A program made the position numbers and the translations under genes. The notes under the pieces were generated by a model, which saw only the letters and a list, made by a program, of their open reading frames with translations, was not told the DNA's origin and searched no databases. Source: Octopus vulgaris (lineage: Eukaryota). From it: DNA of 64,000 nt. The DNA lies in contig OX597831.1 of NCBI GenBank assembly GCA_951406725.2, positions 83,638,001 to 83,702,000 on the forward strand, given 5' to 3'. Below are positions 26,201 through 40,788 of this stretch, one piece after another (positions within the stretch are counted from its first letter, which is position 1; the number at the start of each line of letters is the position of its first letter).

Positions 26201-29200
26201 GATAACAGTAATAATAGTAGTTATATCATATGGTGGTGGTGGTGGTGGTGGTTGTGACCATGGTGACACCTTACTTATTGCACTCAATACCTACCAGAAT
26301 TCTCCATCATTGTGATCCAAAGTTAATCCAAGTTCTTTCTTTGTACTTTCACTGACATTTTGCCATTCAGGTGACCTAAAAATAAGAAGTAATAAATTAT
26401 AACATATTTGAAAAAAAAAATGCTATTTTCGTTATTGTCGACACCATTGTAGTCTTCACTGTTGGTGGTGACAGCAGAAACATCATCATTATTATTGTGT
26501 TTTGTTGTTATGGATATCTCTTGTGATAGCTCTAGGGAAACTGAGTCATTACGAAATTTTAGTGCATGAATTTTGGTTGTTTTTAAATAATCTTTAAAAA
26601 AGGGACTTCAAAACATTTAAATGTATATCTCAGTACTGAAGACACAAAAGATTTATCTTTTAGATGTTATATTTCATGAATTTTTTTTCTATCTACAACC
26701 TGTCCAATTTGGTGTTGAGGTTTTAACAAGAGAGGAAGTGACACTGGATATTCACACACACGCACAGAAGAAAATGATGAAATTATGTGCAGAAGCAGAG
26801 AGGATGCCAATCAAAGTGGTAGTGCAAGATAGAAGTCTTACTTACTATAGATGTGGTGCTAAAGGACACCTGATAGTCTTCTACCTAGAAGAAAAGAAGT
26901 GGGGGGGAAAAAAAGGCAGCAAACAACAGCAGGCTCCTAAGATGGGGAACATGATTGCTGCTACAGTCATTGTTCTCACAGAATGGTTACAATACTAAGA
27001 ATGGAGAGCCAGAGTACCAGCAAAGACAAATCACATTGCCTGTCTCTGTGACACCAGTGCCAGAGGCAGGCAAAATGCGCAAAATATAAAGTTGTCTATA
27101 AGCTAGAGAGAGCAGTTCCTTCCTGTTGTTTTGCAGGAGATAGAACATAAAGAAAAGCAGGAAACCATCAGGACAATAAACAATGGAAGAAGTGACAAAA
27201 GCAGAAAAATAGAATGAGATCAGACAGAACACAAGAGACAAAAAAATCTCTCGAGAAAGGAAAAAAAACCCATCACCTGAGAAAATCGGAACATTACAGT
27301 TGTCTGAATTAGTAAGAAGGATCTGATGGAATGGTTAAATGAAGAAGAATGAAGGTAGAAGGGTTAAAAACAGTCTAAATACACCCCCACCCACCCTAAA
27401 ATCCTTACACAATGAATGAACCACTTCCCATGGGATATGGAGATCTTCAAAGATGCACGTGGGAAAATTTGAAGGATCAGAGCAGAATGTGGACAGAGTG
27501 CGGAGGTGCCCTAACCCTACCTGTGTAGTGATTCCTAACCTCTTGATGGCTGGCTTGCCTTTATTTGATTTGTGCACAACATTTTAGTAGTTTTCTATAT
27601 ATTGTATGACCTATCAATGACAATTAACATCTCATCCAGTTATAAAAGAATGTAATGTGTGACTGCAAAGACCCGACAAATAATGTGAGTTCATGGCTGT
27701 TTCCTGCACCAGTTTCACATAGAAGCCCCAGCCCATCCAAAGTACCTTGGATTGCAGAACGACCTGCTGTGCTTACCTTGGATCATAGGGTGACCTGCTG
27801 TACTTGAGGAGACCTATTGAGTCAAGTACATCAACATCAAAATAGATATCAAATGGAAATTGTAGTTATGATACCTGTGCCAGAGGCATGTAAAAAGTAT
27901 CATCCGAACGTGGCAGATGCCAGCGCCATCTTGACTGGCTTCTGTGCCAGTGGCATGTAAAAAATACCAACCGATTGTGGCCGCTGCCAACCTCCCCTGA
28001 CACCTGTGCCAATGGCACGTAAAAAGCACCCACTACACTCATGGAGTGGTTGGCGTTAAGAAGGGCATCCAGCTGTAGAAACACTACCAGATTAGACTGG
28101 AGCCTGGTGAAGCTTCTCAGACCCCGGTCAAATCATCCAACCCGTGCTAGCACGGAAAATGGATGCTAAACAATGATGATGATGATGTAATTACTCTTTT
28201 GTTAAGTAGAGACAAAGATTGACTCCCCAGCACTTGAAAATAGCAACAACAACAAAAACAGACAAGGTAATAGGATTTCATTTCATTTCCTTAAGAAAAT
28301 TCAGAGACCTTTTCTATCTGTTTAAATACAGAAAGAAAGAATACTTTAATTACTTCTAACTAATATTTCTTTTTATTAATATATTAAAAGAAGTTATTAT
28401 TATTATTAATATACTACTCTGTACATTACTAAGAACTATTGTTCATGTGCATGCATGTGTGTAAACCATTCTTTAAAGAACTTACCCATCGCTCCATGCA
28501 CCTTTCCATTCAACTCCACCCCAAGGATTTCGACATCGAACCATGTAGACTTTTTCACGTTTAAAATAAGCTAAAAGAGATGTGCCAATTATCAATTTTT
28601 TAACAGCAGTGATGCTATAGGCATGTCCTTTCACAAGACCTTCTTCATTTTGAGCCTCCCTTTCTCTTTGCGTCACTGCCTGAAAATAATATGAGAAATC
28701 ATAGTTATAGGCATGGCTATACACAGACATAAAGTCATTAATAGTCATACATACTTATGCATATATAAACATATATCTATAATGATAGTAATAATAATAA
28801 TTATTATTATAATAAGAATAAGAGTAAGAATAAAATTTGGTTAATTGTTCTTTAAAGGGCTCAAGTTAAAACTAACATTACTAAAGAGATTTTAGATATT
28901 ATTGAACAATTCATTCATGATAATCGTAAATATAAAAAAATTTTCTCTAGTAATAATTTTGGAGTAGGTTATTCTACCACTAATAATGTGGGTAACATTA
29001 TTTCTTCTTTTAACAAATCTAAGTTGAATAATTTTTATATTGAATTTTCAATTGAATTTAAACTTAATTGTAATTCGAATTTAATTATAGCCATGAATCA
29101 TACGTAGTGTTTTTACCTATTATATTATATTTAACTTTCTTGTACTTTTTGGTTAGTTAAAAAAAATTTAAAATTTAAAAATATAAAAATTTTAAAATTT

Positions 29201-29477
29201 TAAATTCTAATAATTTAAATTTTATATTTTATATTTTATATGTATATTATATACTCTTACTCTTTACTCTTTTACTCTCTTTTACTTGTTTCAGTCATTT
29301 GACTGCGGCCATGCTGGAGCACCGCCTTTAGTCGATCAAATCGACCCCGGAACTTATTCTTTGTAAGCCCAGTACTTATTCTATCGGTCTCTTTTGCCGA
29401 ACCGCTAAGTGGCGGGGACGTAGACACACCAGCATCGGTTGTCAAGCAATGCTAGGGGGACAAACACAGACACACAA

Positions 29478-29514
<37 letters not shown>

Positions 29515-32500
29515 CATACATATATACGACAGGCTTCTTTCAGTTTCCGTCTACCAAATCCACTCACAAGGCATTGGTCGGCCCGGGGCTATAGCAGAAG
29601 ACACTCGCCCAAGATGCCAATATTATATTAATTATATTTATTTTTTATTTTTTATGTTTTGGTTTATGTCTATCACTGTTTGAGTTGCCTAATAGTGGTT
29701 TTATCTCTAATTTAATTTATATATATATATAAACAATATATTAACAAAACAATCTCAGGTGCATAATATTTTTATATGTATGTATACGTGTGTGTGTGAG
29801 TGTGCAAGGTCATCAGGCTAAAGTTAATGATTTTTTTATGTCTTCTTTTATTTAGGACACGGTCACTAGTCATTGCCTCCATAAAGATCATGCTTCACCA
29901 CCTCATCCCATGTCTTCTTGGGTCTCCCTCTTCCACAGCTTCTCTCCACTGTTAGCACTTCTTTACACACCTTTCCTCATCACATGACCCACACAGTTGT
30001 CTCTCTTGCACACCACATCTGATGCCTATTATGCCCAAGATGCTTCTCTCAAGACTCCTACATTCTGTCGTACATGCACATTGGCATTGCATATCTAGTG
30101 AAGCATGCTAGCTTCATTTCTTTCAATCCTATGCATGTCCTTGGCAGCCACAGCCCATGTTTCACTGTTGTGTAGCATGGCTGCTACACACAGGTATCGT
30201 ACAATCTGATTTTTAAAAATCAGAGAGAAGCTCTTTGTTACCAGCAGAGGTAGGAGCTCTCTGATGTTTGCCCAGCCTAGTCTTATTCTCGCAGCTATGC
30301 TCTCAGAGCATCCACCTCCACTACTGACTTGGTCACCTAGATAACGGAAGCTATCAACTGCTTCTAGCTTACCCACCTGGCATTTGATGGAGTCTATTTT
30401 CTGTAAGTGTCTAGTGTTAATTGTATCTGTGCACCTTCCACACACACAAAGACCAAATTCCCTCTTAACCTTCCTCTGATATTGCTGCACCTCTTATGTT
30501 TCCATAGCTTACACCAGGTACATCATATGGAGTTTCTACCTACACTTTTTGGGCCATCTACTTGGAGGAATTAGTGGTTTGTCTACTTTTCTACTTACTA
30601 AGACTTATGATTTTGCTAGATTAACTCTAAAGCCTTTCGATTCTAGGACCTTACTTCTACATCCAAAATTTCGTCTCTAGTTCTGGAAGTGATTTGATTA
30701 TTAGAACAAGGTCAATAGCATAGAGGAGCTGCCAGAGGCAGCCCATCATAAATCACAAGCATGCACACACACACACCTACATATATATATAGTAATAATA
30801 ATAACAATAATCCCTGATAATGCATTAAATTTATAAACATTTAATGCATTACTACACACGTTTCCACAAATCATGTCTCTTAAGATCACGGTCCATATTC
30901 CTGGGATGATTACAGTGTAGTCCATAGTATCCCTAGGCATCAAGCAAATCATCTTCATAGATGCATTTCTTCAGGCAATGTAACATTAATGGCTGTTTAC
31001 CAGAGAGATGTTTATCTCTTTTGAACTGTGTGATGGTTGGTTGAGTTATGACACAACTAACTCACAAACTCAACCAACCTTCACACAGTTCAAAAGAGAT
31101 AAACATCTCTCTGGTAAACAGCCATTAATGTTACACTGTCTGAAGAAGATGATCTACCCTATGCCCATGGATACTATGGACTACACTGTAATCATCCCAG
31201 GAATATGGACTGTGATCTTAAAAGACTTGAGGAAATGCCCATAGCAATGCACTAAATGTCCATAGATTCCATCCAAGGATTGTTATTATCATTATCATAC
31301 TCATCCTGCATTATATCAACACAGCTTGATGCAACCCCCAAAAACTGGTTCACCACTCGGCATCATTAGACTGTGGCCAGTATAATGGAGTAGGAGCTTT
31401 ATTTGCATATTCAAAACGTTTCCCATAAATGAATTTAAAAGATACATTATTAACAACAGAAGTAGTCTTAATACCAACAGGTAATACTAATCCCCACTTA
31501 AAAATGGATGTTGTGTTAGGACCCAAGACACTGGGATAGTTACCATAACAGAGACCCTTGTATTCACTTTTGGTGCCTATAAGCACGCTTGTTTTACATT
31601 GCAACAGAAGACAAAAGATGGATATGCTTAGAAACAACTATCTCCCAGCTAGCAGCAACTCTCTTTCATCTGTCTTTACTACAGTATATACAACTTCCTG
31701 TAAGATCATGTAGTTTTTATAATAATGAAATGATTGTATATAGTGGGCTCAGGTGCACCACAACTTGTCAAAAGTGCGTATAAAGCATATGCAGTCTGGA
31801 AAGTGAACAGTGTAGGAGACATATACATGCTTGCATGTGTATGGAGGGGAGAAAATTTGGTTCCATTTAAGATATTGATCAACAAATATGTACTCTACTC
31901 AGTGAGAGATAAATAACACTAAATGTACACTGTATTAAAATAAGAGCTATTAATACTTTCTTGTCGTTGAGACATGTGATCAGGCACATTATAAAACCTG
32001 TCTAAACACGTGCCTTAATGACAAGAAATTATTAGTAGCTCATTAATAGTGTACATCAAATTGCACACACACACACATTTATAACAAACATTGAAGCTTC
32101 AAGTGAGTTGGTGTTTTTAGATATGAAGAAATATAAGTTATTCTTCTGCATTATTCATTTCTGAAAATACTAACTTGATGTAATAATTTTTCAGTCTAGT
32201 CAGATGCTAAGATCATTGGAATAAAAAGTAGAAGTACTATATATATAAAATGTGACAAAAAAATCTGTACTGTAACAGGTTCGAATGAAATAAAACCAGA
32301 AATTCATTTACAAAAAAAAAAGTTTTGTAAAGAGATTAAGAATGAATAATGCTATTGAAGGGAAGTAACTCTGTATAGCCGTTGATATTTAAATGGTTTT
32401 TACGTAAAAAACCAAAACAAAAATTGTTTCCAACTTTTATATTTAAATGGAAGACATAGAGATGGTATAGGAGAGAATTTTAAAAAATTCATTAGTACAC

Positions 32501-32893
32501 TGACTGAGTAATGTCACTGAATAAAAGAGATATACAATGAAGGTAATATGGTATCAGGAAAGATTTAGCAATATATACAGGTATTCTTTGGTAAAGTTAG
32601 TTTTGTAAGTTCATGATAAGATTAGAATTATATTCCCATTTTAAAAAATGCCTTTTTTTTTAGTTTTCACTTGTTTCAGTCATTTTACTGAGGTCATGCT
32701 GGAGCACTGACTTGAAGGGTTCTTCAGTCGAAGTTATCAACGACAAGAATTTTTTTTTAAGCCTAGTACTTCTTTCATCAGTGTCCATTGCTGAACCACC
32801 AAGTTACAGGGACCCAAACATGCTAACACCATTTGTCAAGCGGTTGGTGGGGTGAATAGACAAAGGCACACACACACACACACATGTATGTGT

Positions 32894-32938
<45 letters not shown>

Positions 32939-34714
32939 AGACTCTTTTAGTTTCCAGCTACCAAATCCATTCACAATGCTTTGGTTGGCTTGGCTTGAAC
33001 CTGGAAGCATGTGGTTGAGAAGCAAGGTTCTTACCACACAGCTACACCTGCACCTATATGTGTGTGTAAATGTGAGTGTATGAGTGTTTAGCTCAAAATG
33101 GCTTAGATATGGTGAATCCTCAAGAAAAACAAATTTCATTTTTGAAATCTGTATCCCAAAGACAATGTCATCCGTAAATAATAATAAAAAACTAGAAGTT
33201 GCTACAAGAACTAACTCAACTTTTAGATCACAACTCTCCTGTTTTCTTTCTATTACCATTAATCTCTCTCTCTATTATTTACTACACTTTTTATCACTCT
33301 TTCTCTCTCAATTTGTATTTGTATTATCTCTCATGGATTACTTCATTTTGTTTAAAACTTCTTGTTTAGACCCATTATGCACAACTTCTGTTTTCTCATA
33401 GGGTACAAATGATCGATCTTTAAGCCTCTGTAACATTCTTCTAAAATTTTTCTGAAATAAATGAATCACAAACTCGGAATCAACATGTAAAAGTACATCA
33501 ATATACCAAATTTGAAAGTTTTGACTTAATTTTAAAATTTCAAAATCTGTGACAGCAACAGAAAAGATGTCTATTTCTTTCATTTGTCACGTTTCTCTTT
33601 ACAAACTTTTCACCTCTATATATTTACCTCTCTCTCTCTCTCTCTCTCTCTTCCTATAAAAGTACATTGCTCATGCAGTGTGTGTGTTTGTCAGTGTGAG
33701 TATGCATGCTTGTAAGGAATTTCATTAGGGTGACAATGATATACAAAAATATGTAAAAGACAATTTATTTCAATAGTTAGTTTTCTGTTAGTAAATGTTT
33801 TTTCTTACACACACACACACACACACATGGACTCAGTTGATACAAGATGGAGATTAAAAATTTAAATTACAAAATTGTTTTTTAGTATTACTGAAATCCC
33901 AGTAATGGGCATCATCTTTCCATAAAATGTGTTTATGGGGAGAAAAATACTGAAAAACATCAATACATGTCAGAGTAACAAAGAAACGAGGCAGGTACCT
34001 GATGGTTGTGGGATGCTCTAGAAACAAAAGCTAAACCTCCTTTCAATCATACACCTTTCCATTTGAAAATAATTTTGAAATTATAAACAGAAGCAAATTG
34101 CAGATTTAGACTGTCCATATTTTAAAACTATGATTAAAAGAAATTTCCAAAAAAGCTGAAATTTTAGGATTAATGATGGTGGTTAATTAAAAAACTTTTT
34201 AAAGATTTCACTAATGTTTTTAAATTCTGTTTCATTTTCAGTTTGAAAATAAAAGTAGGGATTGTAATTGTGATCAGCAATTTCCAAAAACTTTTTTTTA
34301 ACCTCCAAAGCTTCTCCTTTCCTTTTTAAGTACATAGTCCACTTTTTAAGCACAATTGGCCAAAATCAGTCCTGAGTTGGGGAGGTGGGTTTGAAACAAT
34401 TCATACAGTTTAAAATTTTTTGTTTCTTTTTTAACAGAAAATATGCCTCTGATTGTTTTTAAGTACAAAAAAAAGGAAGTAGAAAATGGACAAAATTGGG
34501 CCAGAAAGGAAGGAGTTGGGGGATTCATAAATTTTCAAAAATTTTTTTATACAAAGTTTCCCTCCATCATTAGCAAGAGTGTGACAGAAAAAAGATTTGA
34601 AAAATCCCTGACAAAATGAAGAGAATACAACTTACAAGCATGTGCTATTCTGAAATTTTGTCAAGGCATTTTTTTGTGAAAATTACCTGGCAATGATGGG
34701 ACAGTCAGCCAACA

Positions 34715-34760
<46 letters not shown>

Positions 34761-36268
34761 GTAGTATAATAAAAAAAAAGTTCTATGTTTGAAAAAATGA
34801 GTGGGGGATAATTTTCATTTTAATGCTAATGCTTGCAGTTACTCTAATGAGTTTCAAGCTTTTCAATAGTCATTTTCAAACTGAAATTCTGTGGTTTAAA
34901 AGGTTGGTTGTATAGCCAAAGACTTTTTCTTACAAGTAAACAAATACAAAATAAAAATAGAAAATAAATAAAAGATAGAAAATAAAAAAAGTAAAAAGAA
35001 CAGCCTGTGTGAAAAAAGAACAGTAGAAAAAAGGAAAAAAAGCAAAAAAGGTGGAAAAGATGACCATTGTGTATGTATGTGTATGTAAATATGTACAAGA
35101 ATGAGTGTGTGTGTGTGTATATATGTGATTAAATAAGGACAAACTATACAAACTGTGAAAAATGAACAAAATGACCTCAAATCAAGATTCACAAAAGGTC
35201 ATCTTTTGACAAGAACTCAACATTTTTGACCACTACTAAAAAATATTCCATTTCTTTATTCCTTACCATTTTCAACTTCTTACTCTTTCAATCCCTTCTT
35301 TCCTCTTGTTCTTCATGTTCTTTTTCCTTCTTTTCCACCTTTTTTTTGTTTTTTTCTTTTTTCACACATGCTGTTGTATTTACTTTTTGTATTCTTTTAT
35401 TCTTTTTTATATATTTTTTGTAAGGCTTATACATAGTGAGGTAATACACCAGTAGTGCCTATGGATACATTTATCCCTTAGATGGTTGCATAACCTCGAA
35501 CTCATAATTTATATATATATATATATATATTTCATTTTTGGATTTGGTTTGCAAGATTCTTTATGAGTTCGTGTGTTGAAGCATATTCTGTTGTCTGGGG
35601 AGAGTCATTCTCTTTTAGTGCCTTATAACTTAACACACTCAACAGTAAAATTTCCACTTATTTCTTTTTTATTTTTCTAAAACGTTTGTTCGGCAACGAT
35701 GTGAAGCAGCTGAAGACTGGTCAAACCCTGGCTGATGAAAGTTGCTGCCAGAAGGCCATATGCCTGGCAGCAGGATTTGGCTCCATGCCATTCCTCCAGA
35801 AAGAGTCAGAACTGGTTGTTGAAGATTTCTACAACTTCACCAGCCCCAATTACTGGCTTCTTAATTCCCCGACTGTAATCTTATGGAAGCAACTGAGAAA
35901 GACACCAACCACACTCTCTGCAACATCAAGGCCAAGCAGGTGACCAAGATCAAAGAGGTGTTCAAAGAACTTTTAGAATACACCAGATCCCAGAGCTGCT
36001 TTGAGGTTGTGGTGGAAGCATAGGGTGGCTACTGCAAGTAAATCGTTTTCTCCCAGCCATAATCTACTTGATATTTTCTGACATTTTCAAATACTTTTAT
36101 TTTGAGATGAAACATTGTGTATTTCTTTTCCTTTCGTGCAAACTATGAAATTTAGCCAGAGCACTTGTGTGTGTGTGTGTGCATGTGTGTGTGTGCATGT
36201 GTGTGTGTGTGCATGTGTGTGTGTGTGCATGTGTGTGTGTGCATGTGTGTGTGTGTGTGTGTGTGTGC

Positions 36269-36299
<31 letters not shown>

Positions 36300-36401
36300 T
36301 GTGTGTGTGTGCATGTGTGTGTGTGTGTGTGTGCATGTGTGTGTGTGTGTGTGTGCATGTGTGTGTGTGCATGTGTGTGTGTGTGTCCATGTGTGTGTGT
36401 G

Positions 36402-36436
<35 letters not shown>

Positions 36437-39400
36437 ATGTGTGTGTATACATGTTGGTATACTTGTTTTTTACTTGTTTCAGTGATTTGACTGCAGCCAT
36501 GCTGCAGCACCGCCTTTAGTCGAGCAAATTGACTCCAGGACTTATTCTTTGTAAGCCTATTACTTATTCCATCAGTCTCTTTTGCTGAACCACTTAGTTA
36601 CAGAGATGTAAACACACCAGCATCGATTGTCAAGCAATGTTGGGGGGAAAAACACAGACACACAAACATATACACACACATACATATATATATATATATA
36701 AGATGGGCTTCTTTCAGTTTCCGTCTACCATATCCACTCACAAGGCTTTGATCGGCCCGAGGCTATAGTAGAAGACACTTGCCTAAGGTGCCATGCAGTG
36801 GGACTGAACCTGGAACCACGTGGTTCATAAGCAAGCTACTTACCACACAGTCACTCCTGTGCCTATATATATGTGTGTGTGTAAAAACAGCTACTTCAAT
36901 TAGCCATTTTGAATCCTGCTTGAGGCTGACACACTTCAATAACCACTAAATAATCACACACACTATATACTGACACACACTTTTTCCGTTTTATTTTTGC
37001 TATTAACTGTCCCTTTGTATCAACGATAGGGCCATGAACTATGACAAAAATCCAGAGTTACTAGTGGTCAATGAATTTTTATCAATTCAAAAATCGATAT
37101 CCACGAAATAACCCTGCCTTCTGATCTTTTAATGCTAAAAACCTTCCTGACGACTGTCTTTGTAATCCTGAAAGATATTGTGACCATTGGTCCAGCTGTC
37201 TGACAGTTAAGAGGGAACAGACAAAGAGACGCACAGACAGATATAATGTCTATTATAGTAAGATAGCAAATCTGCCCATCTATGATGAGAAATAAAGGGA
37301 TGGTATCTCAAATCTAAACCCTCTAAATTCATGAACTATACAGGGGGAAATCCAGAATTGATCCGCATCACCGGAATTTTAACAAAAACAAACAAAAAAT
37401 CAAAGGTGATTTATTAATACAAAACTCAATATCCACCAAGTAATCATACTTTTCCACATTTTTTTCTCTAAAAACCTTCCTGATTACCACCTTCATAATC
37501 CCAATAAACATCATGACTATTGGTCCAGCTGTTTGACCATGAAGAGGAAACAAACAGAGGGTGAGGCATAATAGGGTTTCCTATTCAACTCTTCCCTAAT
37601 CTTCCCTAATGATTATAGCTGGCCTGAACAGGAACTACATAACCATGGCCTGGAACATTAGAAATAACGTCTGTGATTATACTCTACCAACTAATAATAA
37701 TAATCATCATAACCTCATCGACATAACACTAATACCAAACATACCCAGTGAGCATAATCCTCTTAATGTTGTTGAAACATGAACAGGACAGTGCCTGCTA
37801 CAACTGGTAGTAGTAGTAGTAGTAATTGTCTTAGCAGTTGTGGGTCATGACCTACTTTCTACTAGCTTTGATTTATGCCTGCATGAGTCACAAGTGTTTC
37901 CTGTCACTGATAGGGCAAATGAACAAAATGTAAACAATAATGCTGACAACCAATCCCCAATACAACCCATCAACAATAGACTCTGATGGCTTAATCCTTT
38001 ATGATCCTACACATAACCCACCTACTTTTACTACAAGTAAAGCAAGTAACATTAATGGTAATGACCTAAGTAATGGTAATATTACCCCTAGTAGTACCCA
38101 TGTGTTCATTGATAACACCCAAGATGTTAATCCCATAGGGCATAATATCATAGGAAGGCTTACTCATAATAAAAATTATGTCATAGCCAAAAATAGATGC
38201 AATTGTTTGGATAAAACTGTATGCCTGCTTTCTGGTCACTGTATAGCCAATAATGTAGTTTACAGGTGTAATGTGATGACACAGACTAATACTTATGTTT
38301 ATATGGGTTGCTTTCTAAATCTGAAGCAGTTATTACACAACCATTTATCATCCTTTAAACTAGGGACATCATTAGCCACAAAGATATGAGACCTCAAATT
38401 CAATAGCATTAGATTCGATTTAAAATGGGATATAATTAGGATGGCAAACCCATTCTTCAACAGATATGCATATAGAATATGCTGTATGAAGTTGTGTAAA
38501 ATATTAAAGTGTGGGAATAGTGAAAATTTAATTAACAATAAATTAGACCTTCATTTTTCATGTATCCATTAAGCAATCCATACCATTAAATATTTTGATA
38601 GCATTATGTAACATCTCTGTTTAGTTTTAGCCAATGCACACTCTTAGTCTCCCTACTTTTCTCATATGTAGGACTGAACAATCTAATGATTGGCATGGTC
38701 ATCTAGTGAGGTTTTTCCCATTCCACTAAGTTCTATCCCTAATACTATGAAACAGAGGAGGCACAATGGCCCAAAGGTTAGAGCAGCAGACTCACAGTTT
38801 CATTTCCCAGACCTGGCGTTGTGAGTGATTATTGAGCAAAAAGACCTAAAGCTCCACAAGGCTGTGGCAGGGGGTGGTGGTGAACCCTGCTGTACTCTTT
38901 CACCACAACTTTCACTCTTTCTTCCTGTTCCAGTTGTGCCTGTCTTTCAAAGGGGCCAGCCTTGTCACACTGAATCTCTCTGAGAATTACATTAAGAGTA
39001 CCCGTGTCTGTGGAGTGCTCAGCCATTTGCACGTGGAGTGACAATCTGAAACTATTATTTGTGTTGTATGTGATAATGGAGGAACATATAATCTAGCACT
39101 ATTTACCTAGCACTAAAGATTTATGGTATCTTTTTGGATTTAACCAGATATAATAGCAGCCTATACATTTTAATCAACTAATAATCTTTACGGCACCTAT
39201 AAAACAAACTAGAAAGTTAACCAATAACTGCATACCCAATAGCTTGCTGAAGATTCTGATCTGATATACCCTCTTATCTCTGTATTATGTGATATGTATT
39301 AGATAATTTTTTTTTACCCTTCAAACTCTATAATTGGAATAACAGGTAGTATGCTAATACTACTCCCTATTTTTTCCTTACACATTATTTACAATACTTC

Positions 39401-40558
39401 CTTTTCAGGCATGTATATTGTTCTGTTATAAGCATGTGTTTATAACCTGTAATGAATTTCTATTAGTATCTTATATTATTAGTACGCTACCATGAAAAAA
39501 ACAATTGCACAAGATAATACCAACTTATGATTACTAGATTTAATTATCTGAGTTCCAATTAACCCTCTCCCACTCCCATTATCATAACCACCATCTCTCG
39601 TACAACTCTAAATTCTAAATGGAGTCTCTTCTCTTTAATTTTAAGTTAGAATAAGTGTATGTTGCACTCATATCAAATGGTTAATTGCCTTTTAATTACT
39701 TTATCTTGGGTTCAATTCTTGCTATTCCCATTTCAAATCCTTGTGTCAGAAACTGAATAGCATATATAATTAACTATACTTCATCTTTAGGGCTTGATAA
39801 GGAACCAGACTATCTGACTCCATCTTACATACTCCACCCCTGATATGCTCACTAACCAGTATGGTGGTTATAAATCTTCTCTTACTCCTATCCACTAATT
39901 TAAATCTTAATGTATTTCTAGCTCTTTTATGGTCATTATAGCCTTATGTTTGCTCTCTCATTCCAGGCCAGCTTCGGCTGGAGTCTCGGTGTGTTCCCAC
40001 TACATTCCTGCATGTTCTATTGTTTGAAATTTTATGTAACATCTGATGAAAATGGCTTTTTTGTTACGATGTAATATACTCATTCATCTATTAAAAAATG
40101 TTTTGGAAACAACTGTAATGAACTGGCATTTACCCATCGCTTGTTATTTTCTTTTTGCGTGTGTGTGTACGTGCGTGTACATAATATATACATACATATA
40201 AATAAGAGGAAGAACCACCAAAGTGGATTCCTGATATGCTAAAAGAAGACACCAAATCATCTTACCATATAGAATATGTTCTCAAAAACTTTAGCAAACG
40301 CCAGAATGTATGTGAGTAAGACAAATAAAAGAAAACAAAACAGAGCAATTAACTCGAAACCTTAAGATTTCGCTATCAACAATCGTTAACTTGACCAATC
40401 TGTAGCTCTTCAATGATGTCATTGCAGGACACAGAAACAGCAGAACCAGATACAAAACGTCCCCACTCAGAGTCCTCAGACATTTTTTAAGTATGCTAGC
40501 CACTTGTTGAAATTAATATTAATTGATAATATTACTTTCTACCCTGATTATTTAATTT

Positions 40559-40595
<37 letters not shown>

Positions 40596-40757
40596 GTAAA
40601 ATAATATGTGACAATTATTCAGCAGCCAAGATAAAACTCTGAGTTTCAGATGCCGAGGAGGAAATCCACACCACCATCTCTTCAGTTATCTGGCCAGATA
40701 AATTTCCTCTATTTACATTTCTTTCTTTTGTTATCTTACCATTTTTACCAATATATC

Positions 40758-40788
<31 letters not shown>

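Noticed and set aside
36087-36519. HT- and CV-rich ORFs on both strands; periodic array that could suggest CRISPR
   Set aside because: (GT)n/GCAT microsatellite with no unique spacers, in eukaryotic context.
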